In this document: positions 23,099 to 31,500 of the stretch, one piece after another | Layout: every line of letters starts with the position of its first letter | How positions within the stretch are numbered: the stretch's first letter is position 1 | Assembly: GCA_963781585.1 (NCBI GenBank) | Contig: CAWAGQ010000003.1 | Span: forward strand, 32,001 to 96,000 | DNA from: an uncultured Gemmatimonadaceae bacterium | GTDB lineage: Bacteria; Gemmatimonadota; Gemmatimonadetes; Gemmatimonadales; Gemmatimonadaceae | Direction of reading: 5' to 3' | Length of the DNA stretch: 64,000 nucleotides | Notes under the pieces: model-generated | Told to the model about the DNA's origin: nothing | What the model saw: the letters and a program-made list of their open reading frames with translations, nothing else | Database searches by the model: none | Made by a program: the position numbers and the translations under genes

Positions 23099-23761
23099 CT
23101 ATCGCGCCCGCGAGAGGGGAACCGGTCTGGTCGGCGACGCGGTGCGTTCACCCACCCACCACGCCTGGTCGCGGGCGAGCTCGCGTACATCCGGCGGGAG
23201 CGGCGTGCCCGCCGGTGCGACGACGCGCCCCCCCGGCCGCACCGCGCGCAGGGCGTCCGCGACCAGCGTCGGGTCCTGTGCCACCGCCTGGTCGATGGCG
23301 GTGCCGCGCGCGCACTCTGGCGCGAGCGGCATGCGCCCATCGACCAGGACGATCGAGACGCCGTCGCCGGGGGCGACCGAGTGCGGCGGATTGACCAGCA
23401 GGCATTCTGCGTCGTAGGCCGCGAACAGCGCGCTCGCCAGCGTGCCCCAGCCACCGGTCAACAGGTAGGGCCCTCCCGGCGTCCGGATGTCGAGGAGCGC
23501 CGCGGCGCGCAGCAGCGCCTCATCGTCGGGCGCGCCGGCGTCGGCGTGGATCGTTCCGGCGGCGCCCTCGGGCGCCTGTCGCCCCTGGACGCCGCGAAAG
23601 TCGGCCACGTAGTCGCGAATCGGGTACCGCGCCGAGCAGACCGGGCAGCCTAACGAGCCGGAGGCGATGTAGCGCCCCTCCTGCCGATCGATGCTGGCCA
23701 CCAGCCCGGAGGGCTCGTGCGCTTCGACGCAGCGAAGCGCGCCGACCAGTTCGATGTGCAT
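23099..23761 (-). CDS. Trm112-like zinc-knuckle N-terminus fused to a degenerate methyltransferase-like domain
   Basis: 'LRC..H..L..GSLGCPVCSARYPIRDYVADF'; C-terminal 'ALRAVRPGGRVV'; TGATG overlap with the SDR stop. Confidence 0.65.
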   Translation of the reverse strand: MHIELVGALRCVEAHEPSGLVASIDRQEGRYIASGSLGCPVCSARYPIRDYVADFRGVQGRQAPEGAAGTIHADAGAPDDEALLRAAALLDIRTPGGPYLLTGGWGTLASALFAAYDAECLLVNPPHSVAPGDGVSIVLVDGRMPLAPECARGTAIDQAVAQDPTLVADALRAVRPGGRVVAPAGTPLPPDVRELARDQAWWVGERTASPTRPVPLSRAR

Positions 23762-24480
23762 CACGCCCTCGCCAGGCGGATCTCTTCGATGTCGACGTCG
23801 GGCGGCCTGGTGACCGCGTACAGCACGGCGTCGGCGACCGCCTCGGGTCGCAGCATCCGTGCACGGGGGGTGAGACCCGCGCGCTGGCCGGGATCGACGC
23901 TGTCCCACATGGTCGTATCGACCGGCCCCGGAGACACCAGCGAGACCCGGATGCCGCTGTCGCGCAGTTCCTCGCGCAGCACTTCGTGCACGGCGCGCGC
24001 CCCGAACTTGCTGGCCGCATAGGCCGCGTTGCCCGGGAACGCCCGGTGATCGGCGATCGACCCCACGGTCACCACCTGCCCGGTTCCGCGTTCGCGCATC
24101 TGTGGCAGCAGCGCGTTTACGAGGCGGTACGGCGCCAGGAGGTTCACCCCGAGCAGGCGCGCGAAGTCCTCGGGCGGCAGGGACCCCACCGGGGCGAGGA
24201 CGAACAGGCCGGCGTTCTGCACCAGCACGTCGGGCGCCCCGCCGAGGAGTTGCCGCATCTCGGCGAGCGTCGCGTCCACGTCGTCGCTGCGGGCGAGGTC
24301 GCAGCCCACGGCACGCGCCAGTCCGCCTAACGACTCGGCGGCCGCGGTCAGGCGCGGCGATTCCCGCCCGAGCAGCAGCGTGCGCGCCCCCGCGCCCACC
24401 AGCGCGCGAGCAATGGCATAACCGATCCCGCGCGACGCCCCGGTCACCAGCGCGGTCCGTCCCTCGAGGACCTCCGTCAT
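23761..24480 (-). CDS. Short-chain dehydrogenase/reductase
   Basis: VTGASRGIG, LVQNAG, catalytic YAASK. Confidence 0.92.
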   Translation of the reverse strand: MTEVLEGRTALVTGASRGIGYAIARALVGAGARTLLLGRESPRLTAAAESLGGLARAVGCDLARSDDVDATLAEMRQLLGGAPDVLVQNAGLFVLAPVGSLPPEDFARLLGVNLLAPYRLVNALLPQMRERGTGQVVTVGSIADHRAFPGNAAYAASKFGARAVHEVLREELRDSGIRVSLVSPGPVDTTMWDSVDPGQRAGLTPRARMLRPEAVADAVLYAVTRPPDVDIEEIRLARA

Positions 24481-24531
24481 GGCGGCGATCGCCCGGTCCG
24501 GGTCACGCCGGTGTCCGCGGCCGCGGCCTCG

Positions 24532-24945
24532 TCAGGCACCGTCGTACTCCACCACGTTGTTCTCGGTCTCCCAGAGCCGGATGCGCGCGAGCGTCGCCGG
24601 CGCCACCCGCGGAGCCAGAATCTGCCAGAACGCCACCACCACATTCTCGGCCGTCGGAATCACACCATGCAGAAAATCCACCTCGAGATTCAGGTTGCGA
24701 TGATCCACCTTGTCGATGATCTCGCGCTTCACCAGGTCGCGCAGCCGCGCCAGGTCGAACACGTAGCCGGTGCGCTGCTCGACCGATCCGCGCACCGATA
24801 CCTCAAGCACGTAGTTGTGCCCGTGCCAGTTCGGGTTGTTGCACTTGCCGAACAGCGCGGCGTTCTCGGCGTCGCTGAGCGCCGGATTATGGACCCGATG
24901 CGCCGCGTTGAAATGCAGACGCCGGGTCACGGTCACATTGGGCAT
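24532..24945 (-). CDS. 6-pyruvoyl-tetrahydropterin synthase family (PTPS/QueD fold; CX5HGH type)
   Basis: 'FNAAHR..FGKCNNPNWHGHNY', 'DHRNLN', 'PTAEN', 'LWETENN'. Confidence 0.92.
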   Translation of the reverse strand: MPNVTVTRRLHFNAAHRVHNPALSDAENAALFGKCNNPNWHGHNYVLEVSVRGSVEQRTGYVFDLARLRDLVKREIIDKVDHRNLNLEVDFLHGVIPTAENVVVAFWQILAPRVAPATLARIRLWETENNVVEYDGA

Positions 24946-25060
24946 GGAAATGCCATAGGGGTGAGCGATCCTCGCCGCTCGCGCGGCATCCGCTTGAGCC
25001 GGGCAGGGGATTGCGCATAAGTTCACCCGCCGGAGGACGCACGGTTCCGGACTGCCCAGA

Positions 25061-25097
25061 CAGGAAAGCCAGGGGGCTCCGTCTGGAGCCCCCTGGC
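25061..25097 (-). terminator. Intrinsic terminator-like hairpin after the putative 6S RNA
   Basis: Perfect 13-bp inverted repeat GCCAGGGGGCTCC/GGAGCCCCCTGGC (25068-25097) with a 4-nt loop, followed by TTTCCTG on the minus strand (short U tract). Confidence 0.6.
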
Positions 25098-25264
25098 GGT
25101 CGGAACGAAGAGGGTTTTTTGAAGCCCGTACGAAAGAAATAAGGCCCGCACCATGCTTTCGCCTTCCCCGCACTGGGGCATGACGTCACCACAGGTTGTT
25201 GAGCCCCCTCGCAGGACCTGTTGGCTCAAAAAATCGATCCCTTCGCCCCGAGTCTTTCGAGCCG
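25095..25264 (-). ncRNA. ssrS: Probable 6S RNA
   Basis: Minus strand folds as a long rod: CGGGGCGAAG/CTTCGTTCCG (needs G-U pairs, which fixes the strand), TTTTTTGAGCC/GGCTTCAAAAAA, an internal bubble, then a 'CATGCCCC..GGGGAAGGCGAAAG' apical part resembling 6S RNAs; about 170 nt; flanked by a promoter and a terminator. Ends approximate. Confidence 0.7.
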
Positions 25265-25269
25265 CCGGC

Positions 25270-25298
25270 AATGTATCGGCGGGATCGGCACCGGTCAA
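25270..25298 (-). promoter_or_regulatory. Sigma70-type promoter of the putative 6S RNA
   Basis: TTGACC (25298-25293), 17-nt spacer, TACATT (25275-25270) on the minus strand. Confidence 0.65.
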
Positions 25299-25307
25299 AT
25301 CACTCCC

Positions 25308-25478
25308 ATGGATATCGGAATAGTCGCGGCCCTGGCAATGCTCGTGGTTTGGGCGGTCGGCACCTTCGCGTTCGATGCGCCCGGCTGGATCCACCTCCTC
25401 CTCAGCGCCGGCATCTTCCTGCTGATCTGGCGGATCGTGGCGCGCGGCCGGCCGCCGGATTCTCACGACAAGTCGTGA
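25308..25478 (+). CDS. Small membrane protein (lmo0937/DUF5670-like)
   Basis: 'LVVWAVG..GWIHLLL..LLIWRIV', 56 aa. Confidence 0.7.
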   Translation: MDIGIVAALAMLVVWAVGTFAFDAPGWIHLLLSAGIFLLIWRIVARGRPPDSHDKS

Positions 25479-25720
25479 GTAGCTCGTCGCCCCGTGCACG
25501 AAGACCAGATCCTGTGCTACGACGAGCCAGCGCGGGCGCCCGACACCGTGATCCGGCACCACACACCTGTGGCGAACGCTCCATGTGCACCGGCACAGCT
25601 GGCCTGTGCGCCATCGCACACACGGCCGCCGAGCCGAACCCGACGTTACCTGGCGTAACGTTTCCACCGCGCGCGTAACGGAGTGTGTGGAGAACCGGGC
25701 GCCGCCGTCGCCGGAGGCGG

Positions 25721-26695
25721 TCAAATCTCCCAGTTTGACAGCACTACGCCCGACGTCGCCCGCGGCTCATCGAATCCGGCCGATGTCATGCGCAGGTCGG
25801 TCCAGCGCACTCGTGCTCCCATCTGGAGCAACCGCGCGTAGGCCGGGCGATACTCACCCTGCATTCGTATGGCGACGCGCCTGGTGGCGGAGCTGCGCGC
25901 CACCAGGGCGAGGAGGCGCGCCATCGTCTCCATGTCGTCCTCGGCGGCCAGCACCAGCTTCAGGACACGCAGCTCCTCGCGGGCGCGCCCTTCCACCAGG
26001 GGGGCGGTGTGAAAGAGTGCGAATCCCGCCAGCGCACCGTTTCGCTGCATCAGGACCGTGTCGCCGAGTGCGAGGTCGTGGGTGAGCCGTATCTCGCGCG
26101 TGTAGTCGTATCCCGGAATCTGCTGCTGCGTAATCGTGCGGCACACGCCGATCAACTCGTCGCGTCGCTCCGGTGAGAACCGACTCAGGAGCAGTGCGTC
26201 CCCGTCACTGGCGGCGGCGTCGAGCGTGACCGTGAGGGTGAGGCGCTCTGGCACGAACCCGAGACCCGAGTAGAACCCGATGTTGTCCATTGTGCGCGGC
26301 ATCGTTTCCAGACCGATCACCGTCGCACCCCGTGAACGCAGCCAGGAGACGCCGGCGCGCACGACCGCCTTCCCGAGGCCGCTTCCTTGCCATTCGGGAC
26401 GCACGGCGAGCGGCCCCATCCAGCCCTCGCAACCCGACTGGTGAGCGATGTTGAACGCCACGATGTCGCCCCGGTCGCCGCGCCACAGCAGGGCGCCCCC
26501 CCCAGCGTCGCTGATGGCGTACCGCCAGATCGCCGGATTGAGCTGTGGCACGCGCACCCCCATCATGCCGTCGCGCCGATATCGTTCCGTGAACGCATCG
26601 CTGAAGAGCTGGTTGAGCGCGGCGATGTCGTCAGGGCCGGCCGGCATCGGTCCCAGCAGATCGCGATCCACCCGCCACTCGCGCGCCGTTGTCAT
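25721..26695 (-). CDS. GNAT family N-acetyltransferase
   Basis: Acetyl-CoA motif 'GPLAVRPEWQGSGLGKAVV' and 'NIGFYSGLGF'; ATGA overlap with sbcC. Confidence 0.9.
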   Translation of the reverse strand: MTTAREWRVDRDLLGPMPAGPDDIAALNQLFSDAFTERYRRDGMMGVRVPQLNPAIWRYAISDAGGGALLWRGDRGDIVAFNIAHQSGCEGWMGPLAVRPEWQGSGLGKAVVRAGVSWLRSRGATVIGLETMPRTMDNIGFYSGLGFVPERLTLTVTLDAAASDGDALLLSRFSPERRDELIGVCRTITQQQIPGYDYTREIRLTHDLALGDTVLMQRNGALAGFALFHTAPLVEGRAREELRVLKLVLAAEDDMETMARLLALVARSSATRRVAIRMQGEYRPAYARLLQMGARVRWTDLRMTSAGFDEPRATSGVVLSNWEI

Positions 26696-29157
26696 GGCTG
26701 GGGGCCTCCAGCGGTTGCCAGCACCGGCGAATCGGCAACGAGGTCGGGGAGTTCCGCGGGCTCCGACCGGCTGGTGCGCGACGCACCGGTCGCCTCGTCG
26801 TACTCCACCAGGACCACGCGGTCGAGCTCGTCGCGCACCGAGTCGATATGGGTGATGAGCACCACCTGCTCGAACCGGTCCTGCAGGCCGCGGAGCAGCC
26901 CCACGACGTTGCGCCGCCGCAGCTCATCCAGCGACCCGAAGATCTCATCGAGCACCAGCAGGGAGAAGGCCTGGCCGGCACGCTCGGCGATCATCTGGGA
27001 GATGGCCAGGCGAAGCACCAGGTTCGACAGGTCCTCCTCGCCACCCGAAATCACCGGTTTGGGAATGCCTTCCTCGAGCACCACCACGTTGTACTGGTCG
27101 TCGAGCTCGAGCTCCGAATAGCGGCCATCGGTGAGCGCGTTGAGGAATCCGCTGGCGACTTCCGACAGCTCCGGGCGCAGCTGGAGGTTCAGATCGGTCC
27201 GGAGATCGGAGTACGCGCGATCCAGCTCGTCGTGCAGCCGCTTCTCCCGCAGCAACCGATCGTGCGTCTCCTGCATCCGCTCCATCTCCTGCCGCGACCG
27301 CTCGGCATGCGCCACGGCTTCGGCGACCGTCGACTCCTCGGCGGTGGCGGAAATCACTCCAGCCGCCGCGACGTGCGCTGTCTCGGCGGCGGCATCGTAC
27401 CGCGCATGGAGCTGCGCGTGCTCCTCTTCGGACGTGCGCGTACCCTCGTACTGGGCGCGCAGCGCGGCCACCTGGGCTCGCACCTGATCGAGGGCCTCCA
27501 GCGCGCGACCGCGCGCGGCGGTCAGTGTCGGCTCGCGCTCGAGCAGCGCGCTGAACCGGGTGACGCGTTCGTTCAGGGGCGCCAGCCGAGAGACCTCCTG
27601 GCGCAGCGCCTCGTGGCGCGCCGCGTCGTATCCGACCGGGAGGGCATCGAGATCGCGACGCAGCGTCTCGTGCCGCGCCTGCTTGCCCGCTATGTCGCGC
27701 CCCAGCTGCCCCAATTCCTGCACCGCCGACTGGACGCGGGCCAGCTGGCGTTCGAGGGTCGCCACCTCCTGGGTGAGCGCCCGACGCTGCGCATCCATCG
27801 CCTTCACCTCGTCCGGCATATCCTCGAGTTGCTCCAGGCGCGTAGTGAAGTATCGGCCGTCCACCTCGATGGTCTCGATCTGTTCCTCGAGCTGATCGAG
27901 AACCGTCCTGAAGCTCGCGCCCAGCACCCGCGTGCAGGTGGGACAGACGCCCTCCTCACCCAGGTCGACGATGCGGTCACGCTGCGCCTTGAGCTCCCCC
28001 CATTGCCGCCGCAGTGCGTCGCGCCTGGTTTCGGCTTCCTGTTTATCGCGTACCCATTCGGTGCGGCGTGCTTCCAGAACGCCCAACGCTTCCTCGAGGT
28101 CGCGGCGCTTGCGCTCCAGCCGTTCGGTGACGTCCTCCTCCAGCTGCGGTGCGCGGGCGATCGTGGTGTGGCGCGCTCGCAGGCGTTCGAGTTCGTCGGT
28201 CAGCGCACGCAGGGTCTCGGCGATCGCCTGGCGGCGTCCTTCCTCGCGGGCCAGCGCTTCCAGCCGGCCGAATTCGTCGACCACTTCGTTGAGGGGCGCG
28301 AGCTCGGCTGCCAGACGTTCCAGCTCGAGCCGGGCCGTGGCAATCTCCCGCAGCTCGCCGTCGATCCGCTCCAGATCGCGTGCCAGCGCGATCTCGTCAT
28401 TTTCACGCACCCGCAGTTCGGCCAGCATCGCCTGGCTCGCGTCTCGCGCGCGCTGTGCGGCTTCCCAGCGCGGCACCATGGCCGCGAACGCCGCCTCCGC
28501 CGCCTGGCGCCGCTGCACGGCCTCGAGACGCCGGCCGGCCGCCGCGGCGGCGCGCGTCCGCGCGTCGTCCAGCATCCTGATCACGGCATCCGCGTTCGGG
28601 AGCGCGCTCCGCAGACCGGCAATCTCCGCGGTGACCAGCTTGCGGCGCTCGCGAACCAGGCCCTGCGCTGTCCGCAGGCGATCGTAGCCCAGGACGCGCG
28701 ACAGGAACTGTGCGCGTTCCGTGGGCGCCATCGCCGCCATCACGTTCAGTTCATTCTGCCCGGTGAAATACGTGTGGAAGAACTCGGATCGCGTCATGCC
28801 CAGGCGACGCTGGAGCAACTCGGCCACGCCCGTGATGGTGCTGGCGATCGGCGCGCCGCCGCCGTCGAGGTAGAGTTCCGCACTCGTCAGGCCGCGCTGC
28901 ACGCGATAGCGATGCCCGGCCAGTTCGAAATCCAGCTCGACGCTCACCGGGGCCCGCGGTCCGGCGCGCGTGAAGCGGATCGAGTCTCGCGTCCCCCGCG
29001 CCGCCGGCTGCCCGTACAACGCCCAGGCGATCCCTTCGAGGATCGTCGTCTTCCCGCTGCCGTTGGGACCGATGATCCCGGTCAGGCCGAGATCGAACTC
29101 GACCCGCGTGTCGGCGTGTTGCCGGAAATTGACCAGGTGAACGCTGTTGAGTCTCAC
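26692..29157 (-). CDS. sbcC: Rad50/SbcC SMC-family ATPase
   Basis: Walker A GPNGSGKTT, Q-loop, coiled coils with CPTC zinc hook, signature ISGGE, Walker B LVLDEIFGSLD, LITH. Confidence 0.92.
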   Translation of the reverse strand: MRLNSVHLVNFRQHADTRVEFDLGLTGIIGPNGSGKTTILEGIAWALYGQPAARGTRDSIRFTRAGPRAPVSVELDFELAGHRYRVQRGLTSAELYLDGGGAPIASTITGVAELLQRRLGMTRSEFFHTYFTGQNELNVMAAMAPTERAQFLSRVLGYDRLRTAQGLVRERRKLVTAEIAGLRSALPNADAVIRMLDDARTRAAAAAGRRLEAVQRRQAAEAAFAAMVPRWEAAQRARDASQAMLAELRVRENDEIALARDLERIDGELREIATARLELERLAAELAPLNEVVDEFGRLEALAREEGRRQAIAETLRALTDELERLRARHTTIARAPQLEEDVTERLERKRRDLEEALGVLEARRTEWVRDKQEAETRRDALRRQWGELKAQRDRIVDLGEEGVCPTCTRVLGASFRTVLDQLEEQIETIEVDGRYFTTRLEQLEDMPDEVKAMDAQRRALTQEVATLERQLARVQSAVQELGQLGRDIAGKQARHETLRRDLDALPVGYDAARHEALRQEVSRLAPLNERVTRFSALLEREPTLTAARGRALEALDQVRAQVAALRAQYEGTRTSEEEHAQLHARYDAAAETAHVAAAGVISATAEESTVAEAVAHAERSRQEMERMQETHDRLLREKRLHDELDRAYSDLRTDLNLQLRPELSEVASGFLNALTDGRYSELELDDQYNVVVLEEGIPKPVISGGEEDLSNLVLRLAISQMIAERAGQAFSLLVLDEIFGSLDELRRRNVVGLLRGLQDRFEQVVLITHIDSVRDELDRVVLVEYDEATGASRTSRSEPAELPDLVADSPVLATAGGPQP

Positions 29158-30344
29158 TCCGGCTCCGTCGACACCGCCAGCGCCGATTTCTCGGCCGAAT
29201 CCGCTTCCCTGAGGTAGCGCAGCCCGAGCTCCACGAGCTCTTCCCGGTCGACATCGCTCTGGATCGGGCGGTTGCGCAGCTTGTCGCGCACGATCTCCAC
29301 CAGCGAGGGACGCCGACCCGGCGCGCCCGACGCCGACGTGCGGTGTACTTCCGGCCGCCGTGCATCCAGTTGAAAGTGCAGGGCGCGCCGCCGGTACTCG
29401 CGCAACAGCCGATGATCCAGCTCGCGAGCCACGTGACGCGGGATGTCCTGGATCACTTGTCGCACGATCTTCTCTTCGATGCCGCCCGCGACCTGATCGA
29501 CGTTGGCCCGGATCGCGGCGTCGATGTCGGCGGCGGTCTGGGCGCGCGCGCGCACCACCGGGAGATCCACCAGGCCGCGGGCCGACCTGATGCGGTGGAA
29601 GGTCCGTTTACCCGTCTCCAGGTCGAACTCCACCATCCCCTTGCCGCCCAGACGCAGCGCCTTTTCCTCGGCCTGCTCGCCCCAGATGTTCGAACTGGTA
29701 TACTCGATCGCTCCGGAGTAGAACGCGTTAGGCTTGATCTCGTGATATACGTGGTAGTGTCCCAGCGCCTGGTAACTCCATAGCGACGAGCGCAGCTCGG
29801 CAGGATCGAGCTGGCGCGCCGCGCGCTCGGGATCGGAGCCTGCCGGCACGATGCCCGCAACCGGACCGTGGATCACGAGGACGTTCCAGCGGAAGTCGGG
29901 ATCCGGACCGAGCACCACCTTCCCGACCGCATCGCTCGGCACCGCGAACACGGAGAGATCGCGCTCCGGGAACGAGATACGCCTGGCCTCCATGTCTGCC
30001 ACGTGGATGCCCAGTGGAATGAACAGCCGGAGGATGCATCCCGCCTCGACCGATCGGGGCGTATCGTGATTGCCAGCGACGATCACGACGATCGTGTCCG
30101 GGAGGGCGTGGACCAGGCGCGAGAACTGTGTGAACGCGTGCAGAATGGCCGGATTGGACGGCCGCACGTTGTGGAACACATCGCCCGCGATGCAGACAAT
30201 GTCCGGACGCAGCGCAATGATGCCATCGATCGCGTCGCGAACGGCGGACGCGACGTCTGCCTCCCGCTGGTTGATGCCGGCGGGAGTCTGCCGTTGGAAT
30301 TGCCGGTGCCCGAGGTGAAAGTCAGAGAGATGTACGAGACGCAT
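29154..30344 (-). CDS. sbcD: Mre11/SbcD nuclease
   Basis: HLSDFHLG, AGDVFH, AGNHD, IHG, ALGHYH phosphoesterase motifs; GTGA overlap with sbcC. Confidence 0.92.
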   Translation of the reverse strand: MRLVHLSDFHLGHRQFQRQTPAGINQREADVASAVRDAIDGIIALRPDIVCIAGDVFHNVRPSNPAILHAFTQFSRLVHALPDTIVVIVAGNHDTPRSVEAGCILRLFIPLGIHVADMEARRISFPERDLSVFAVPSDAVGKVVLGPDPDFRWNVLVIHGPVAGIVPAGSDPERAARQLDPAELRSSLWSYQALGHYHVYHEIKPNAFYSGAIEYTSSNIWGEQAEEKALRLGGKGMVEFDLETGKRTFHRIRSARGLVDLPVVRARAQTAADIDAAIRANVDQVAGGIEEKIVRQVIQDIPRHVARELDHRLLREYRRRALHFQLDARRPEVHRTSASGAPGRRPSLVEIVRDKLRNRPIQSDVDREELVELGLRYLREADSAEKSALAVSTEPE

Positions 30345-30555
30345 GGTCACAGCGCTTGCATACGAGTCCGGGCGTCAGGCCGCGCGGCGGAGGCTCGCAC
30401 GTTCGGGCAGCCGAACGCCCAAATATAGATCGCCGCGTACCATACGGGATCGACAGCGCCAGATGTTTCCGGCCCCGGGCACGGACGCGCTGGCCCCACC
30501 CTGCTTCCCCATGGTGCGTAGGAACGCGGCAAGCTCCGGCATGACCCTCCCCCCG

Positions 30556-31401
30556 CTACATCGCCCGCATCCACTGCGAGATCGTCACCCTGACCCGCAT
30601 GGGAGGCTTGTTGCGGTCAGCGGGTGTGACCAGTGAGCGCAATGAGATCGTTGTCCGAGCGTCGGTAATCCACCCTCGACGTCGATCAACCAGAACGTGG
30701 CCGATGACCGTGCCCGACGTCTGGACCACCTCCGCCACCCGTCCCTTGTCGCCCTTCGATTCGGTCGGCCCCCGAGTGAGCCGACCGCGTAGGGACAGAA
30801 ACGCGAGTTCGCCGGATCGTGACAGGGAATCGAACTGGAAGATTGCGGTGAGGGTTGCCGCGCCCGACGGGTCGGGAGTCCCCAGGAGTGGAATCGCGAC
30901 AGTGCGGGTCCAGGTCGCTCCAGGCACCACTGGATGGGCGGGAAGGGTTGCCGGCATCTCCGCGAGCATGCCCCCAACCGTGGCCCCGCCGGCAGCACGC
31001 TTTCCGGCGAAGGTCGTCGAGCCGTCGGTGGCGACCCGAAAGCGGAGGCGCTGCCCCTGCAGCGCACGCGCCCAGTCGAGCAGACTGCCGGTTGCGGAAT
31101 GGGGCGGGCTGGCGACGCGGACCGAGTCGGTGAGCGCGAGTACAGTCGCACCTATGGAATCCGCGGATTCGATGATGAGGCGCGACAGAACGACAAGGGT
31201 GCTCGACTCGATCGACAGACTGTCGCCTGCCCCGTTCACGGCGCCGGACATCTCGACTGTCTGGTCAAGACGCAGGCGCAGCGTGTCGCCCGCGCGCGGA
31301 CGGAGCTTCAGCAGCACGGCACCAGACTGGGCGCCCGCATGCGCGGGAGGCGCCGGAATGCCCGCCACCAGGCCAGCGATCAGGACCGCGCATGATTTCA
31401 C
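30556..31401 (-). CDS. Secreted/periplasmic hypothetical protein (beta-rich)
   Basis: Signal peptide ending 'PAHAGAQ'; 'LPAHPVVPGATWTR', 'VLVDRRRGWI'. Confidence 0.7.
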   Translation of the reverse strand: MKSCAVLIAGLVAGIPAPPAHAGAQSGAVLLKLRPRAGDTLRLRLDQTVEMSGAVNGAGDSLSIESSTLVVLSRLIIESADSIGATVLALTDSVRVASPPHSATGSLLDWARALQGQRLRFRVATDGSTTFAGKRAAGGATVGGMLAEMPATLPAHPVVPGATWTRTVAIPLLGTPDPSGAATLTAIFQFDSLSRSGELAFLSLRGRLTRGPTESKGDKGRVAEVVQTSGTVIGHVLVDRRRGWITDARTTISLRSLVTPADRNKPPMRVRVTISQWMRAM

Positions 31402-31500
31402 CGGCTCATCCTGGCGTCGCGCTCCGGTGCGGCCGGCGGCCGGCGGCCCCGAGGGTCTGAGGCGTGTGGCGGGGATCGACGCATGGCGAGCGGCCCCGCA

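Noticed and set aside
24946..25264. preQ1 or THF riboswitch upstream of the PTPS/QueD-fold gene
   Set aside because: No match to those aptamer consensus features; the rod-like fold, promoter and size fit 6S RNA better.
26689..29217. 842-aa plus-strand ORF antisense to sbcC (and similar long ORFs such as 21346-23454, 36905-38578, 42604-44370, 15148-16761)
   Set aside because: Shadow ORFs expected in high-GC DNA: they overlap well-supported genes, have no recognisable motifs, and show Arg/Pro/Ala- or His/Gln/Val-skewed composition.
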